This document shows positions 25,388-35,819 of a stretch of DNA of 48,392 bases, piece by piece (position 1 is the stretch's first letter; each line of letters starts with the position of its first letter). A program made the translations under genes and the position numbers. The notes below the pieces were generated by a model, which searched no databases, was not told where the DNA came from, and saw only the letters and a list, made by a program, of their open reading frames with translations. The DNA is taken from positions 1-48,392 of IMG/VR virus record IMGVR_UViG_3300015050_001385; one strand, 5' to 3'. Origin of the DNA: a virus. Its lineage: Duplodnaviria > Caudoviricetes.

Positions 25388-27193
25388 ATGGTTCAACCAC
25401 TCCCTGTCGGACGCCTTGTTCGTGTCGCAATCAACCTCCAACCACTCGCAGCGGCGCGGCGTGGCTTCGGAACACTGCTGGTCGTCGGCAACAGCTCTGT
25501 AATTGACGGAACAGAGCGCGTTCGTTCTTACACAACGCTGGATGCCGTGGCAACGGACTTTGGTCTGTCTTCTGACGAGTACAAGGCTGCTGCTCTGTAT
25601 TTTGGCCAGACTCCACGGCCTGGCCTCTTGGTGGTTGGTCGCTGGCTGCAGGCCGACGCCTCCGGCTTTGTCAAGGGCGGCATCTTGACCGCTGCGGAAC
25701 AGGCCGTCAACGCCTTCAACCTGATCACAGACGGCTCAATGCTGGTGACTGTGGACGGCGTTTTGCAAACATTAACAGGCATGGACTTCAGCGGCGCGCT
25801 GAACCTGAATGCCGTGGCAACCGTGATCAATGCAGAGCTGGCCGGCTCCGCAATTGCAGTTTGGGATGGTGAGCGCTTCAAGCTCACAAGCACCAGCGCG
25901 GGCGCGGGCGAGAAGGCCACAGGCACGATCACCCTGACGGGCAATCCTGCGCCTGCAGACACATTGACTGTCAACGGCACAGTCGTGACCTTTGTTGCTG
26001 CGGCTCCTGTCGGCAATCAGGTGTTGATCGGCGCAACGTCGGCAATCACCGCCGCCAACTTGCAAGCCTTCTTGGCAGCCTCTGCAAATGCCAACATCGC
26101 GCAAGCCAGCTATTCAACTGTTGGGCTTGTCACGACTGTCACCCACGACAACGTCGGAACCGCTGGCAACGCATTCACCCTGGCAGAAGTCAGCGCAGCA
26201 ATCACCATCTCTGGCGCCACGCTGGCTGGCGGCACGAACGCTTCTTCCGTCAGCTACGCCAGCGACCACGTGTCTGGTCAGCCAGTTTCCACGATGCTCA
26301 AGCTCACCTCCGCGCTGGCCAATACACCCGTTGTTGGTGCGGACGCCGAGGAGCCTGTGGACGCGATCCTTGCGCTTTCCAATGTCAGCGGCGCATGGTA
26401 TGGAGCGATGTTCTCCGCAACGATCACCGACTCACAGCATCTGGCCGTGGCAGAGTTGATCGAAGGCCTAGAACTTTCCCGCATCTACGGCTTGACGATT
26501 ACCAACACGTCTGTGTTGGACGCCGTGGTGACCAACGACCTTGGTTCGCAGTTGAAGGCGCTGAACCGTCGTCGCACGACGACGACCTATTCGCCAAATC
26601 CACAGGCCATCGCAGCTGCCTTCGGGCGCGCGTTCAGCGTGAACTTCAACGCCAACCGCTCTACCATCACGCTGATGTGGAAGCAGATGCCCGGCATTGT
26701 TGCTGAGCTGCTGACGGAAACGCAAGCGCTGACCCTGAAGGACAAGCGTGTCAATGTTTACGCAGAGTACGAAAATGACACCGCAATCTACCAGTACGGG
26801 ACGATGTCTGGTGACGCTTACTTCGACGAGATCCATGGCTTGGACTGGTTCAAGGATGCGTTGCAAAACGCAGAGTACAACTTGCTGTACCAAAGCAAGA
26901 CCAAGATCCCGCAAACCGACGCTGGCATGAACCAGATCGTGACCACAGCCGCTGGCGTGTGTGAAGAAGCTGTGAACAACGGATTGGTCGCGCCCGGTCA
27001 GTGGAACGCAGACGGCTTCGGCCAACTGGAGCGCGGCGACTCGTTGCCCAAGGGCTACTACATCTATGCCCCTCCGATGGCTCTGCAGAACCAAGCCATC
27101 CGCGAAACGCGCGTTGCGCCTCCAATGCAAATTGCGTTGAAGCTCGCTGGCGCCATCCACGAAATCGACGCCATTGTCGACGTGAACCGTTAA
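25388..27193 (+). CDS. Tail sheath protein (DUF3383)
   Basis: V.V.INLQP.AA.RRGFG, EYKAAALYFGQ, DEIHGLDW, KIPQTDAG, KLAGAIH. Confidence 0.92.
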   Translation: MVQPLPVGRLVRVAINLQPLAAARRGFGTLLVVGNSSVIDGTERVRSYTTLDAVATDFGLSSDEYKAAALYFGQTPRPGLLVVGRWLQADASGFVKGGILTAAEQAVNAFNLITDGSMLVTVDGVLQTLTGMDFSGALNLNAVATVINAELAGSAIAVWDGERFKLTSTSAGAGEKATGTITLTGNPAPADTLTVNGTVVTFVAAAPVGNQVLIGATSAITAANLQAFLAASANANIAQASYSTVGLVTTVTHDNVGTAGNAFTLAEVSAAITISGATLAGGTNASSVSYASDHVSGQPVSTMLKLTSALANTPVVGADAEEPVDAILALSNVSGAWYGAMFSATITDSQHLAVAELIEGLELSRIYGLTITNTSVLDAVVTNDLGSQLKALNRRRTTTTYSPNPQAIAAAFGRAFSVNFNANRSTITLMWKQMPGIVAELLTETQALTLKDKRVNVYAEYENDTAIYQYGTMSGDAYFDEIHGLDWFKDALQNAEYNLLYQSKTKIPQTDAGMNQIVTTAAGVCEEAVNNGLVAPGQWNADGFGQLERGDSLPKGYYIYAPPMALQNQAIRETRVAPPMQIALKLAGAIHEIDAIVDVNR

Positions 27194-27212
27194 ACCTGAA
27201 AGGCGATAAACC

Positions 27213-27665
27213 ATGAGCGCACATAGCTTTCTCGACTGCGTCGCAACCATCGATGGGCCTGGCGGGTCCATCAACATCGGCGCAGGCGCAGGCGTCGCTG
27301 AAGAGGGCATCACAATCGAACCCGTGAACGACAAGAGCACGATGACTCGTGGGGCTGACGGCTCCGGCGTGCACTCACTGAGCGCCGACAACGCCCGGAC
27401 GGTGACCGTGCGGTTGCTGAAGACCTCGCCGACCAATGCTCTGCTGATGAACATGGCCAATTACCAGACCATGTCTAGCGCGACCCACGGCAAGAACACC
27501 ATCGCTGTCCGCGATATCGCGCGCGGGGATGCTATCCTGCTGGAGAAGGTCGCTTTCAAGCGCATTCCAACCCTCAACTACGCCATCGAAGCTGGCATGA
27601 ATGAATGGATCTTCGAGGCCATCGAGTCAAGCACCGTTCTGGGTGTCGGAACTCCGGAGATCTAA
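27213..27665 (+). CDS. Tail tube protein (DUF3277)
   Basis: SFLD..ATIDGPGG, AEEGIT, GADG...HSL, VTVRLLKTSPTN. Confidence 0.88.
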   Translation: MSAHSFLDCVATIDGPGGSINIGAGAGVAEEGITIEPVNDKSTMTRGADGSGVHSLSADNARTVTVRLLKTSPTNALLMNMANYQTMSSATHGKNTIAVRDIARGDAILLEKVAFKRIPTLNYAIEAGMNEWIFEAIESSTVLGVGTPEI

Positions 27666-27668
27666 TCC

Positions 27669-28103
27669 ATGGGCCAGCCAAATCTACACACATTCGAGGT
27701 CAGTGGAAAAAAGTATTCTGCTGACAAGCTCGACGCGATGAAGCAGTTCCACATCGTCCGTAAGCTCGGGCCGATCATCGCCGGGTTGTTGCCAGCGGGT
27801 GTGGCGATGAAGGACATGAGCGCGTTCCTGGAAAAGGAAACAGCCTCCGTTCTTCCGGGCATTGCGGAGGCTCTCGCACGGCTGAAAGACGAGGATGCAG
27901 ACTTCATCCTTTATGGCTTGCTGTCGGTCGTCAAGCAAGAGCAACCGAATGGCTTAGGATGGGCGCCTGTTTCCAGCGGCAACCAGATGATGTACCAAAA
28001 CATCTCAATGCCAGACATGCTCAAGATCGCCTTTCAATCTGGCCAGCACAACTTCCGGGATTTTTTCAGCGCGCTTCCCCAACCTTCAACCGGCGCGAAC
28101 TAG
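27669..28103 (+). CDS. Tail assembly chaperone
   Basis: KLDAMKQFHIVRKL; between tube and tape measure; slippery T TTT TTC at 28061-28067. Confidence 0.82.
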   Translation: MGQPNLHTFEVSGKKYSADKLDAMKQFHIVRKLGPIIAGLLPAGVAMKDMSAFLEKETASVLPGIAEALARLKDEDADFILYGLLSVVKQEQPNGLGWAPVSSGNQMMYQNISMPDMLKIAFQSGQHNFRDFFSALPQPSTGAN

Positions 28104-28297
28104 AAACCAAGAAGCCTGTCGATTGGGTCGGCCTGCCTGGTGGGGAGGGTTGGCTCCTCCGACCAGTCGGCAGGCAGTGGTGCCGGTATGAAAGCCTGAT
28201 TGACGGCACGTTGACGTTGGCGGATGTGGCGCTGATGAACGACGCGATCGATTGTCAGGACGAAAATGAACGCAGGTTCCAGGAGGCCAACAAGTGA
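28061..28297 (+). CDS. Tail assembly chaperone -1 frameshift extension (lambda gpGT-like)
   Basis: -1 frame is open from the slippery site to TGA 28297: LPGGEGWLLRPV...YESLIDGTLTLADVALMND. Confidence 0.75.
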   Translation, partial: FFQRASPTFNRRELETKKPVDWVGLPGGEGWLLRPVGRQWCRYESLIDGTLTLADVALMNDAIDCQDENERRFQEANK

Positions 28298-29799
28298 GCA
28301 CAGAAACGATCAAGGAATTCCTTGTCGGCCTTGGTTTCCAGGTAGACGAAAAGAGCCTCGGAAAGTTCAACACAGGCATAATGAAGTCTGGCGTCGCTGT
28401 TGTGGCGCTTGGACAAATTGCAGCTGACGCGGCCAAGCAGGTTGCCGGAGCAATAACAGAACTCCTCAACGTCAATCGCTACGCTGAAGAGCTCGAAAAA
28501 ATCAACGATGTTTCTGAGCGCACCAAGGTCGCTGCAGAGGACATCTTCCGCATGGGCTACCAGGCTGAGCAAACCGGCTCAGACATGGGCGCGCTCACCA
28601 GCTCCCTAACGACGCTGACCACCAACGCAGGCCTGGCTGCCATTGGAATGGGACGCGCCAAGAAGGTCTTTGAAGAGATCGGCCTGGACGTGAAGGATAG
28701 CAACGGCGAACTCAAAGACACCGCCGTGCTTATGGGTGAGATCCGCGAGAAGATCAAGGGCATGGCCCTTGGCCAGCAGCAGGCAATTCTGAGCCGTTTG
28801 GGCCTAGACCCAACCCTCATAAAAATGATGACGGAGGACATGTCAGAGCTCACGGCTGAGTACGATGAGATGGTCAAGGCCTCCGGATTCAGCGCCAATC
28901 AGGCTGTGAAGGACGCCGACAATTACCGTGATGAACTAGGCAAGCTGCAAACGGCCATGGGCCTGATCGGCAAGACGGTCGCTTCGCAATTGTTCGGTCG
29001 ACTTAGCAAGAGCACGGAGTCTCTGCGCAGAATGATCGTAGACAACATGCCAAAGATCATTGCCGTAATCACGCGCGTGGTCGAAGAGGTGTTGTACGTT
29101 GCAAAGATTTTCACCACCGCAGGCGCGCGAATTTTCAACGTTATTTACGGCGTTATCGAAATTCTAGGCAAGGTCAATGAAGCGATGGACGGCTGGCTGC
29201 TCAAGATCGGTTTGGCAATTCTTGCTTGGCGCGCGTTCAACATGGCTTTTCTGCTCACTCCGATCGGACAGGTACTCGCTCTCGCGGCTGCTGTCGCGCT
29301 GCTGATCGAAGACTTTTATGTTTGGACACAAGGCGGAGAGTCGTTGATCAACTGGGACAAGTGGAAGCCCGGGATTGACCTGGCGATGAATGCGATTTAC
29401 GAGCTGAAGGATCTTTTCACAGCGCTCTTCACCACCATTTTTGCCTACGTTGACTTCATCGTCAAGCTCCTACACGGCGACTTCGCAGGGGCGTGGTTCG
29501 CCATCAAGGAAGTCGTCATGGGCGTGATTGAAACAATCAGCCGCGCGATGGGCTTTCTGGCTTCTGTCGGCAACTTGAAGAGCGTGTTCAGCAGCGCCGC
29601 AACCAGTGACGCATCATTGCTCACGCCTTCACCGAGCGCAGCAGCGTCGCTTGGCGGAAGCAGCCAAAACGTCACGCAGAAGACCGACATCATTGTTCAA
29701 GGTTCAACAGATCCTGCAGCAACCGGGCGCGCGGTGGCCGGGCAGCAGGACCGCGTCAATGCCGACATGACCCGCAACCTCTCAACAAGGACCCGCTGA
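28294..29799 (+). CDS. Tape measure protein
   Basis: ETIKEFLVGLGF start; helical Ala/Leu-rich sequence with hydrophobic segments; synteny. Confidence 0.88.
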   Translation: MSTETIKEFLVGLGFQVDEKSLGKFNTGIMKSGVAVVALGQIAADAAKQVAGAITELLNVNRYAEELEKINDVSERTKVAAEDIFRMGYQAEQTGSDMGALTSSLTTLTTNAGLAAIGMGRAKKVFEEIGLDVKDSNGELKDTAVLMGEIREKIKGMALGQQQAILSRLGLDPTLIKMMTEDMSELTAEYDEMVKASGFSANQAVKDADNYRDELGKLQTAMGLIGKTVASQLFGRLSKSTESLRRMIVDNMPKIIAVITRVVEEVLYVAKIFTTAGARIFNVIYGVIEILGKVNEAMDGWLLKIGLAILAWRAFNMAFLLTPIGQVLALAAAVALLIEDFYVWTQGGESLINWDKWKPGIDLAMNAIYELKDLFTALFTTIFAYVDFIVKLLHGDFAGAWFAIKEVVMGVIETISRAMGFLASVGNLKSVFSSAATSDASLLTPSPSAAASLGGSSQNVTQKTDIIVQGSTDPAATGRAVAGQQDRVNADMTRNLSTRTR

Positions 29800-30335
29800 T
29801 GTTTACGCAGACCCCAGCGCCAGTCGTCGTGCGGCCTCAACGGCGAATCTCCTCCTTCACAGCTATGTGCGTCGTGGAAGAAGCAGCAACAGATGAGTTG
29901 GAAATCACCAAGCACCCTGTTCAGGACGGCGCACAGATCTCGGACCACGCATATATAAAGGCCGCTGATGTAAAGATCAAGGCGCTTTTCACCGACGATG
30001 AATTGCCTCTGACCGAGACCTACAAGAAGTTGTTGGAGCTTCAGTCGTCTCGGATTTTGTTCGATGTTGTGACAGGCAAGCGCATCTACAAAAACATGCT
30101 TATGAAGAGCTTGTCTTCGACCACAGATGCTGAAACCGAAAATATTTTATCGGTCAATTTCTCGCTGGAAGAAGTCCTGATTGTTCAGGTCGAGGTCACA
30201 TCCGTCCCCCCGCGCGCGAAACAGGCTCAACCGGCTCGAACAAGTGGCACGCAAAATGCTGGTTCCAAGTCCGCCAAGGCTGTTGAGAACAAGCCCAAGC
30301 GTCAACAATCTATTCTTGCATCTGCGAGGCGCTGA
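29799..30335 (+). CDS. Tail tube initiator / baseplate protein
   Basis: E...DELEITKHPVQDGAQISDHAY...VVTGKRIYKNML. Confidence 0.8.
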   Translation: MFTQTPAPVVVRPQRRISSFTAMCVVEEAATDELEITKHPVQDGAQISDHAYIKAADVKIKALFTDDELPLTETYKKLLELQSSRILFDVVTGKRIYKNMLMKSLSSTTDAETENILSVNFSLEEVLIVQVEVTSVPPRAKQAQPARTSGTQNAGSKSAKAVENKPKRQQSILASARR

Positions 30336-30649
30336 TGGCTCTTTTCCAAATTCCATTTTCCAACATCCCGCAGCGTTTTTCGATCGAGCTCAACGGGACA
30401 TTGTACCACCTTGTCAATCGCTGGAACCCTATGAACGAGGGCGGTTGGTTCATCGATGTGTATGATGCTGACGAGCAACCGCTGATCATGAACTTGCCGT
30501 TGGTGACGGGCGCTGATCTTTTTGGGCAGCATGAATATCTTGGGATGCCAGGCGCGTTGATCGTGTACACAGACGGAGAAGAAAGCGCAGAACCGACTCT
30601 GGAAAATCTTGGAACAGAGTCTAACGTTTGGTTGGTGACAGAAGAATGA
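30335..30649 (+). CDS. Baseplate protein
   Basis: PQRFSIEL...RWN...GWFID...PLVTGADL..QHEYLG. Confidence 0.75.
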   Translation: MALFQIPFSNIPQRFSIELNGTLYHLVNRWNPMNEGGWFIDVYDADEQPLIMNLPLVTGADLFGQHEYLGMPGALIVYTDGEESAEPTLENLGTESNVWLVTEE

Positions 30650-31542
30650 ACCAATTCATTCGTCGCTGCGATCTTTTCCTTGCTGACTCGGCAGGCGAAG
30701 GGCTGGACTTGTCCAAGTTGCGCATAAAGTTTTACGTAAAAAAAGAGGACGCGCAAACGCCCAACACAGCCCGTGTGACGGTATACGGCGTTGCGCCAGA
30801 CACAATCGCGCGAATCAAGAAAGAGTTTGTCGACATCATCTTGCAGGCTGGATATGAAGAAAACTACGGCGTCATCTTTCGTGGCAACATCAAGAACATT
30901 CGAACCGGGAAGGAAAACGGCACGGACACCTTTGTGGAGATCTCCGCTGGTGACGGCGATGTTGGTTACGTCTACGGGACGATCAACAAGACGTTGGCCG
31001 CCGGATCTAGCCAAAATGAAATCGTCAACGCTGCAATGATTGGCTCTCCGGGCTACGTGCCGGACCTTGGCGGGGAAAGATTGCCTCGCGCCAAAGTGTT
31101 GTATGGAATGAAACGCGACGTGCTCAGGTCCAGCGCGCAATCCACCGACACAACGTGGAGCATTCAGGACGGAAAGATGCAATTCTTGCCGCTCACAGGC
31201 CTGCTGCCCGGACAGGCAGTTGTTTTGAACAGCAAGACTGGGCTGACAGGCACGCCGGAACAAACCGTTGACGGGATAAAGGCCGAGGCGCTCCTCAACC
31301 CGTTGCTAAAGATCGGCGGACGCGTGATCATCAACGAAAAAGACGTTGCTTCAATCAAGCTCAAGTCGCTCGACAAGGCAGAAAAGAAGGACAAAGAGCC
31401 TGCAACGATTGCCGCTGACGGACAGTACAGGCTTTTGAAGATTGAATACGTTGGCGACACACGCGGCCAAGAGTGGTATGCAAAGATGGTCTGCCTGGAC
31501 GTGGACGCCAGCGCACCCGCGAGCAAGAAAGTCAAAAAATGA
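30646..31542 (+). CDS. Baseplate hub protein
   Basis: PNTARVTVYG, ILQAGY, IFRGNI, WSIQDG, TGLTGTP, GDTRGQEWY. Confidence 0.82.
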   Translation: MNQFIRRCDLFLADSAGEGLDLSKLRIKFYVKKEDAQTPNTARVTVYGVAPDTIARIKKEFVDIILQAGYEENYGVIFRGNIKNIRTGKENGTDTFVEISAGDGDVGYVYGTINKTLAAGSSQNEIVNAAMIGSPGYVPDLGGERLPRAKVLYGMKRDVLRSSAQSTDTTWSIQDGKMQFLPLTGLLPGQAVVLNSKTGLTGTPEQTVDGIKAEALLNPLLKIGGRVIINEKDVASIKLKSLDKAEKKDKEPATIAADGQYRLLKIEYVGDTRGQEWYAKMVCLDVDASAPASKKVKK

Positions 31543-32270
31543 TCCGCGCTGAAAATTTAGACGACCAAGAAGAAGCCTCTTTGCAGATGCTGGAAGGCCT
31601 GCAGGCGAAGATGTGGACGGCTCTGCCAGGAATCGTCGTCAGCGCGGACCTGGAAAAGCAAACCTGCGTGGTACAGCCTTCTATCCGTGGCGTGATCATG
31701 GACGAAAACAACAACGCCACCAGCGTTCAACTGCCGCTGCTCGGTGATGTGCCGATTTGCTTCCCTCGCGCGGGCGGGTTCGCGCTCACGGTCCCGCTCT
31801 CGCCGGGCGACGAAGTGTTGGTGGTTTTCAGCAGCAGGGCAATCGACAGTTGGTGGCAGAGCGGCGGCATTGGAGCTCCTGTGGAAGCACGCATGCACTC
31901 CCTGAGCGACGGGTTCGCCGTGCTCGCGCCAACTAGCCAGCCAAAAAAACTCAATGCCGTGCAGACGGACGGGATCGAACTGCGCAACGAGGCTCGCACC
32001 ACCTACATCAAGCTCACAAACGACACAATTTTCATCAAAGGCAACATTGTCCATGAGGGTGACACGGAGCAAACTGGCGACGTTGTTCAGACAGGCAACC
32101 TGACGCAAACAGGAAATGTGTCTCTCGGCGGCGGAGGAGGGGTGACCGCGAACGTTGAGGCAAACATCAACTTCATTGGAACATTGTTGAGCAATGGAAA
32201 GAACATCAGCGACTCCCACACACACTCCGGCGTGCAGCCTGGTGTCGGAAACTCTGGAGCTGTAACATGA
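31539..32270 (+). CDS. Baseplate central spike (gp138-like)
   Basis: TALPGIV, DVPICFPRAGG, GDEVLVVFS.R.ID.WW, RMHSLSD; C-terminal HTH (HxH) metal-binding tip. Confidence 0.88.
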   Translation: MIRAENLDDQEEASLQMLEGLQAKMWTALPGIVVSADLEKQTCVVQPSIRGVIMDENNNATSVQLPLLGDVPICFPRAGGFALTVPLSPGDEVLVVFSSRAIDSWWQSGGIGAPVEARMHSLSDGFAVLAPTSQPKKLNAVQTDGIELRNEARTTYIKLTNDTIFIKGNIVHEGDTEQTGDVVQTGNLTQTGNVSLGGGGGVTANVEANINFIGTLLSNGKNISDSHTHSGVQPGVGNSGAVT

Positions 32271-32620
32271 AATACCGCAAGTTGGACGCAAACGAGGATT
32301 ATAGCTTCGGCAATGGTAATCTGGACTTCCACAAGGACACGCCGGAGACCGTTGCGCAAGCAGTGCTCACGCGCTTGCGCCTGTGGTCAGGGGAGTGGTT
32401 CTTGGACACGACTGAGGGAACGCCCTACCAAGCTGGCGTTTTTGGCAAGAACGACCAAGCAACCGCTGATGGCGTGATGCGAGAAAGGATTCTAGGAACA
32501 CAAGGCGTTGTTGGAATTGTCGCGTTCAGCTCATCCTTGAATAGAGACTTGCGTCTGTACAGCGTATCGGCGACAATTGACACAATTTACGGCCAAGTGC
32601 AAATCAACGAAATCCTCTAA
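32267..32620 (+). CDS. Baseplate wedge / sheath initiator (gp25/GP46-like)
   Basis: YRKLD..DYSFG, VAQAVLTRLRLW.GEWFLD, DTIYG. Confidence 0.82.
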   Translation: MKYRKLDANEDYSFGNGNLDFHKDTPETVAQAVLTRLRLWSGEWFLDTTEGTPYQAGVFGKNDQATADGVMRERILGTQGVVGIVAFSSSLNRDLRLYSVSATIDTIYGQVQINEIL

Positions 32621-33792
32621 TGATCGCAGAACTTGCATACATTGACGAAACGGGCTTTCATTTTGCCGACTACCCAACAGTGTTGGCTGCCGTCCAGGAT
32701 GAGTACAGGTTGATTTATGGAGAAGACATCTACCTTGAGGCAGACTCTCAAGACGGTGAGTGGCTCGCTGTTGTGTCTTTGGCGATTTATGAGACATTGG
32801 CGCTTGCGGCTTCCACTTACAACAGCTTTTCCCCGTTGACATCGTTGCGTGACTCGCTGTCTCGCAACGTTAAGATCAACGGCATCCGTCGCCGCGTTCC
32901 AACTTTTTCCACAGCTGACCTAACGATAGTCGGGCAAGCCGGAACCGAGATCCTCGGCGGCGTGGCAGAGGACGTTCTTGGGCAGAAGTGGGCGCTTCCA
33001 GCTTCAGTCGTAATTCCTTTGGCGGGTGAAATTGTTGTAACAGCGACGGCTGTGGACATTGGAGCCATTTCTGCAGCTCCAGATTCGATCAACAAGATAG
33101 CAACTCCGACGCTCGGCTGGCAAACTGTGAACAACGTTCTGGCCGCGACGGAAGGTGAGCCTGTAGAAACGGATGCGCAGTTGCGTCAACGCCAAGAAGT
33201 TTCGACATCACTACCGTCGCTGTCTGTGTTGGAAGGAATTGTCGGAGCTGTTGCGTCTCTGGAGGGTGTCACGCGCTTCAAGGGTTATGAGAACGACGAC
33301 GATGTTCCAGATGCTGACGGGCTACCGGCTCACAGCATCGCGATCGTTGTTGAGGGCGGCGACGCGCAAGAAATTGGCGACGCAATCGCATTGAAGAAAA
33401 CGCCTGGAACGAAGACTTACGGCACCACGCCTGTGACAACGGTAGACAAGTACGGATTGATCAACGTCATCAATTTTTTCCGCCCGACAGAAGCGACCAT
33501 CGGCGTTGAGGTGACGATCGAAGCGCTGACAGGGTTCACGACCGGATTTGAGACGTTGATCAAGCAAGCGGTTGTCGACCACATCAATGCGTTGAAGATC
33601 GGGGCTGATGTTTTGATAACCAAACTGTATGTTCCGGCAAATCTTCCGGCTCTGGAAGCTGGCGCAACATTCGACATAACGCAGATCAGAATCAAGAAAA
33701 ATGCTGGCGCGTTTGGAACGACAAATATTGTTTTGGCCTTTAATGAGGTTGCCGCTGCTGAGCTGGCCGACGTTACGATTATCGTCACATGA
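32620..33792 (+). CDS. Baseplate J-like protein
   Basis: IYGEDI...DSQDG, NGIRR, ETDAQLRQRQ, HSIAIVVEGG. Confidence 0.9.
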   Translation: MIAELAYIDETGFHFADYPTVLAAVQDEYRLIYGEDIYLEADSQDGEWLAVVSLAIYETLALAASTYNSFSPLTSLRDSLSRNVKINGIRRRVPTFSTADLTIVGQAGTEILGGVAEDVLGQKWALPASVVIPLAGEIVVTATAVDIGAISAAPDSINKIATPTLGWQTVNNVLAATEGEPVETDAQLRQRQEVSTSLPSLSVLEGIVGAVASLEGVTRFKGYENDDDVPDADGLPAHSIAIVVEGGDAQEIGDAIALKKTPGTKTYGTTPVTTVDKYGLINVINFFRPTEATIGVEVTIEALTGFTTGFETLIKQAVVDHINALKIGADVLITKLYVPANLPALEAGATFDITQIRIKKNAGAFGTTNIVLAFNEVAAAELADVTIIVT

Positions 33793-34460
33793 CAACCGAA
33801 GCAGAATACATTGCGCTCATCCCGACCGAGCACAAGCAACGACCAAAATTTATTGCGACAGTTGGAGCGATTGCTGGCGCGTTCTCGAAGTTGCAGGACG
33901 TTCTAACCACGTTCAGGAGCGAGTTCGACGTTGACACAGCCGTTGGTGCCCAGCTGGATATAATCGGCATTTGGGTTGGTGTTTCTCGACGGGTCGCCGT
34001 GCCGCTTGTTGGTGTTTATTTCACTTGGAATGACACCGTCCAAACGGGCTGGAATTCTGGTGTTTGGCAAGGAGAGTTTGACCCAGACTCTGGCTTGGTT
34101 TCTTTGCCAGACGACAGTTACCGAATTTTGATCAAGGCAAAAATAGCCGCAAATGCTTGGGACGGATCAATCCCTGGTGCATATGCAGTTTGGACAACGG
34201 CATTCGGAGATGGCGCTGCGATATTGATTCAGGACAACCAAAACATGAGCATGGTTGTTGGCATAGTCAACACAGAAATTTCCGCAGTTACGATGGCTCT
34301 TCTCACTGGCGGTTATATACCAATAAAGCCAGCAGGTGTGCGTGTTGAATATTATGCAGTTGTGACGGACGGAAATCCTGCGTTCGCCTGGAATATAGAA
34401 AGTGAAGTGCTTGCTGGCTGGGGAACCGGATCGTGGGCAAAAAATGTACCCGTTACTTAA
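33789..34460 (+). CDS. Baseplate wedge protein (DUF2612)
   Basis: FDVDTAVGAQLDIIGIWVG..R, LPDDSYR..IKAKI..N.WDG, DNQNMSM. Confidence 0.88.
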   Translation: MTTEAEYIALIPTEHKQRPKFIATVGAIAGAFSKLQDVLTTFRSEFDVDTAVGAQLDIIGIWVGVSRRVAVPLVGVYFTWNDTVQTGWNSGVWQGEFDPDSGLVSLPDDSYRILIKAKIAANAWDGSIPGAYAVWTTAFGDGAAILIQDNQNMSMVVGIVNTEISAVTMALLTGGYIPIKPAGVRVEYYAVVTDGNPAFAWNIESEVLAGWGTGSWAKNVPVT

Positions 34461-34469
34461 GGAACGAAA

Positions 34470-35792
34470 ATGGCAATCAACGAAATTCTACCATTCGCAG
34501 GAGACGGCGGCGCAAACGTGCAAAGCCAAGCTGTTTACGCAGCAGACCCACAACGCCTTATTGGCCACCAACCTGGCATTGCAAAAGCTGAACTTGAAAA
34601 CAAGGCGTTGCGCCAGTCGAGCCTGATCGCTTCTGCTGTCGCTGCTTTCATAGCAGCGGGGCAGGCGACCGATGTTGTCGACACGCTCACGCCAGCTCAA
34701 ATTTATCAGATGTTCGTTGACAGCTTGCTTGGAAGCTCTTGGGGGAAGGCGGTTGCAGCAGGCACACCAGACGCCTTGACAGCTGACTTCACACCTAATA
34801 TCACGGCTCTGGTGAATGGCCAGACCCTGATCGTTGAAGCCACAGCAGCCAACACGGCTGCTGCAACCTTGGCTGTCGACGCAATAGCAGCAAAAGCGAT
34901 CGTCAAGGGTAGCAACGCAGCCTTGGCCGCAGGAGACATCGCTGGAGCAAACCACTGGCTGATGCTGCAGTATGACCTGAGCCTAGACAAGTTTGTTTTG
35001 CTCAACCCAGCAACTGGCGTTACGACACAGGCGAATGGTCACGGTCAGTGTCGACTTGACAAGGTCGGGGCCAACTTGGTGCTTACACCAAAAAATGGCA
35101 ATCGGCTTATTGTGAATGGCGTTAGCTGCACCGTGCCGAATGCTGGCGTTTCACTCGCCCCCACTGGCCTGTCAGCGACGACGCTCTACTACATTTACGC
35201 TGTTGCCACCGCTGGCGCGGTTACGAGCCTGGAGGCCAGCGCCACCGGCCACAGCAAGGACGCAACAACCGGTGTTGAAATCAAGACTGGCGATGCCACG
35301 CGCACGCTTGTTGGCATGGCCTACTGCAAGACGGCCGCGACCTTCGCCGACACGGATGCGCAGCGGTTTGTCGTATCCTATTTCAATCGGCGCAACATCA
35401 CAGGGCGCTCTTTCTTCACGGCAAACCGCACAATTTCTAGCGGTACGTTTGCAGAGATCAATTCAGAAATAAGGGCAGAGTTTGTTTGTTGGTCAGACGA
35501 AGCAACCTCCATTTCAATCACAGGCGCGGCTCAAGGTTCGGCTGCTGGCTTCAACAACACGCTTGCAAAGATTGCTGTAGATGCCACGGGTGCTGATGGA
35601 TTTACCGGCTTCAGCTGCTCATCGACATTTCAGGCAATCGGAAACATTTGCATTTCTTCTGTGGAGGCGCTTAACGAAGGATATCATTACAGCACGCTTT
35701 TCGGTGCAAATTCTGCGACCTTCGTTTCGACCTTCTATGGAACCGCTAGCCCTGGCGACCGCTGCGTGAATTCCGTTTTGCTTCGCGGATGA
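34470..35792 (+). CDS. Tail fiber protein
   Basis: N-terminal NKALRQSSLIASAVA.F anchor typical of this baseplate type; Ala/Thr/Gly-rich beta segments. Confidence 0.82.
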   Translation: MAINEILPFAGDGGANVQSQAVYAADPQRLIGHQPGIAKAELENKALRQSSLIASAVAAFIAAGQATDVVDTLTPAQIYQMFVDSLLGSSWGKAVAAGTPDALTADFTPNITALVNGQTLIVEATAANTAAATLAVDAIAAKAIVKGSNAALAAGDIAGANHWLMLQYDLSLDKFVLLNPATGVTTQANGHGQCRLDKVGANLVLTPKNGNRLIVNGVSCTVPNAGVSLAPTGLSATTLYYIYAVATAGAVTSLEASATGHSKDATTGVEIKTGDATRTLVGMAYCKTAATFADTDAQRFVVSYFNRRNITGRSFFTANRTISSGTFAEINSEIRAEFVCWSDEATSISITGAAQGSAAGFNNTLAKIAVDATGADGFTGFSCSSTFQAIGNICISSVEALNEGYHYSTLFGANSATFVSTFYGTASPGDRCVNSVLLRG

Positions 35793-35819
35793 TAAACCTC
35801 AAGTAACCACAAGGAATAT

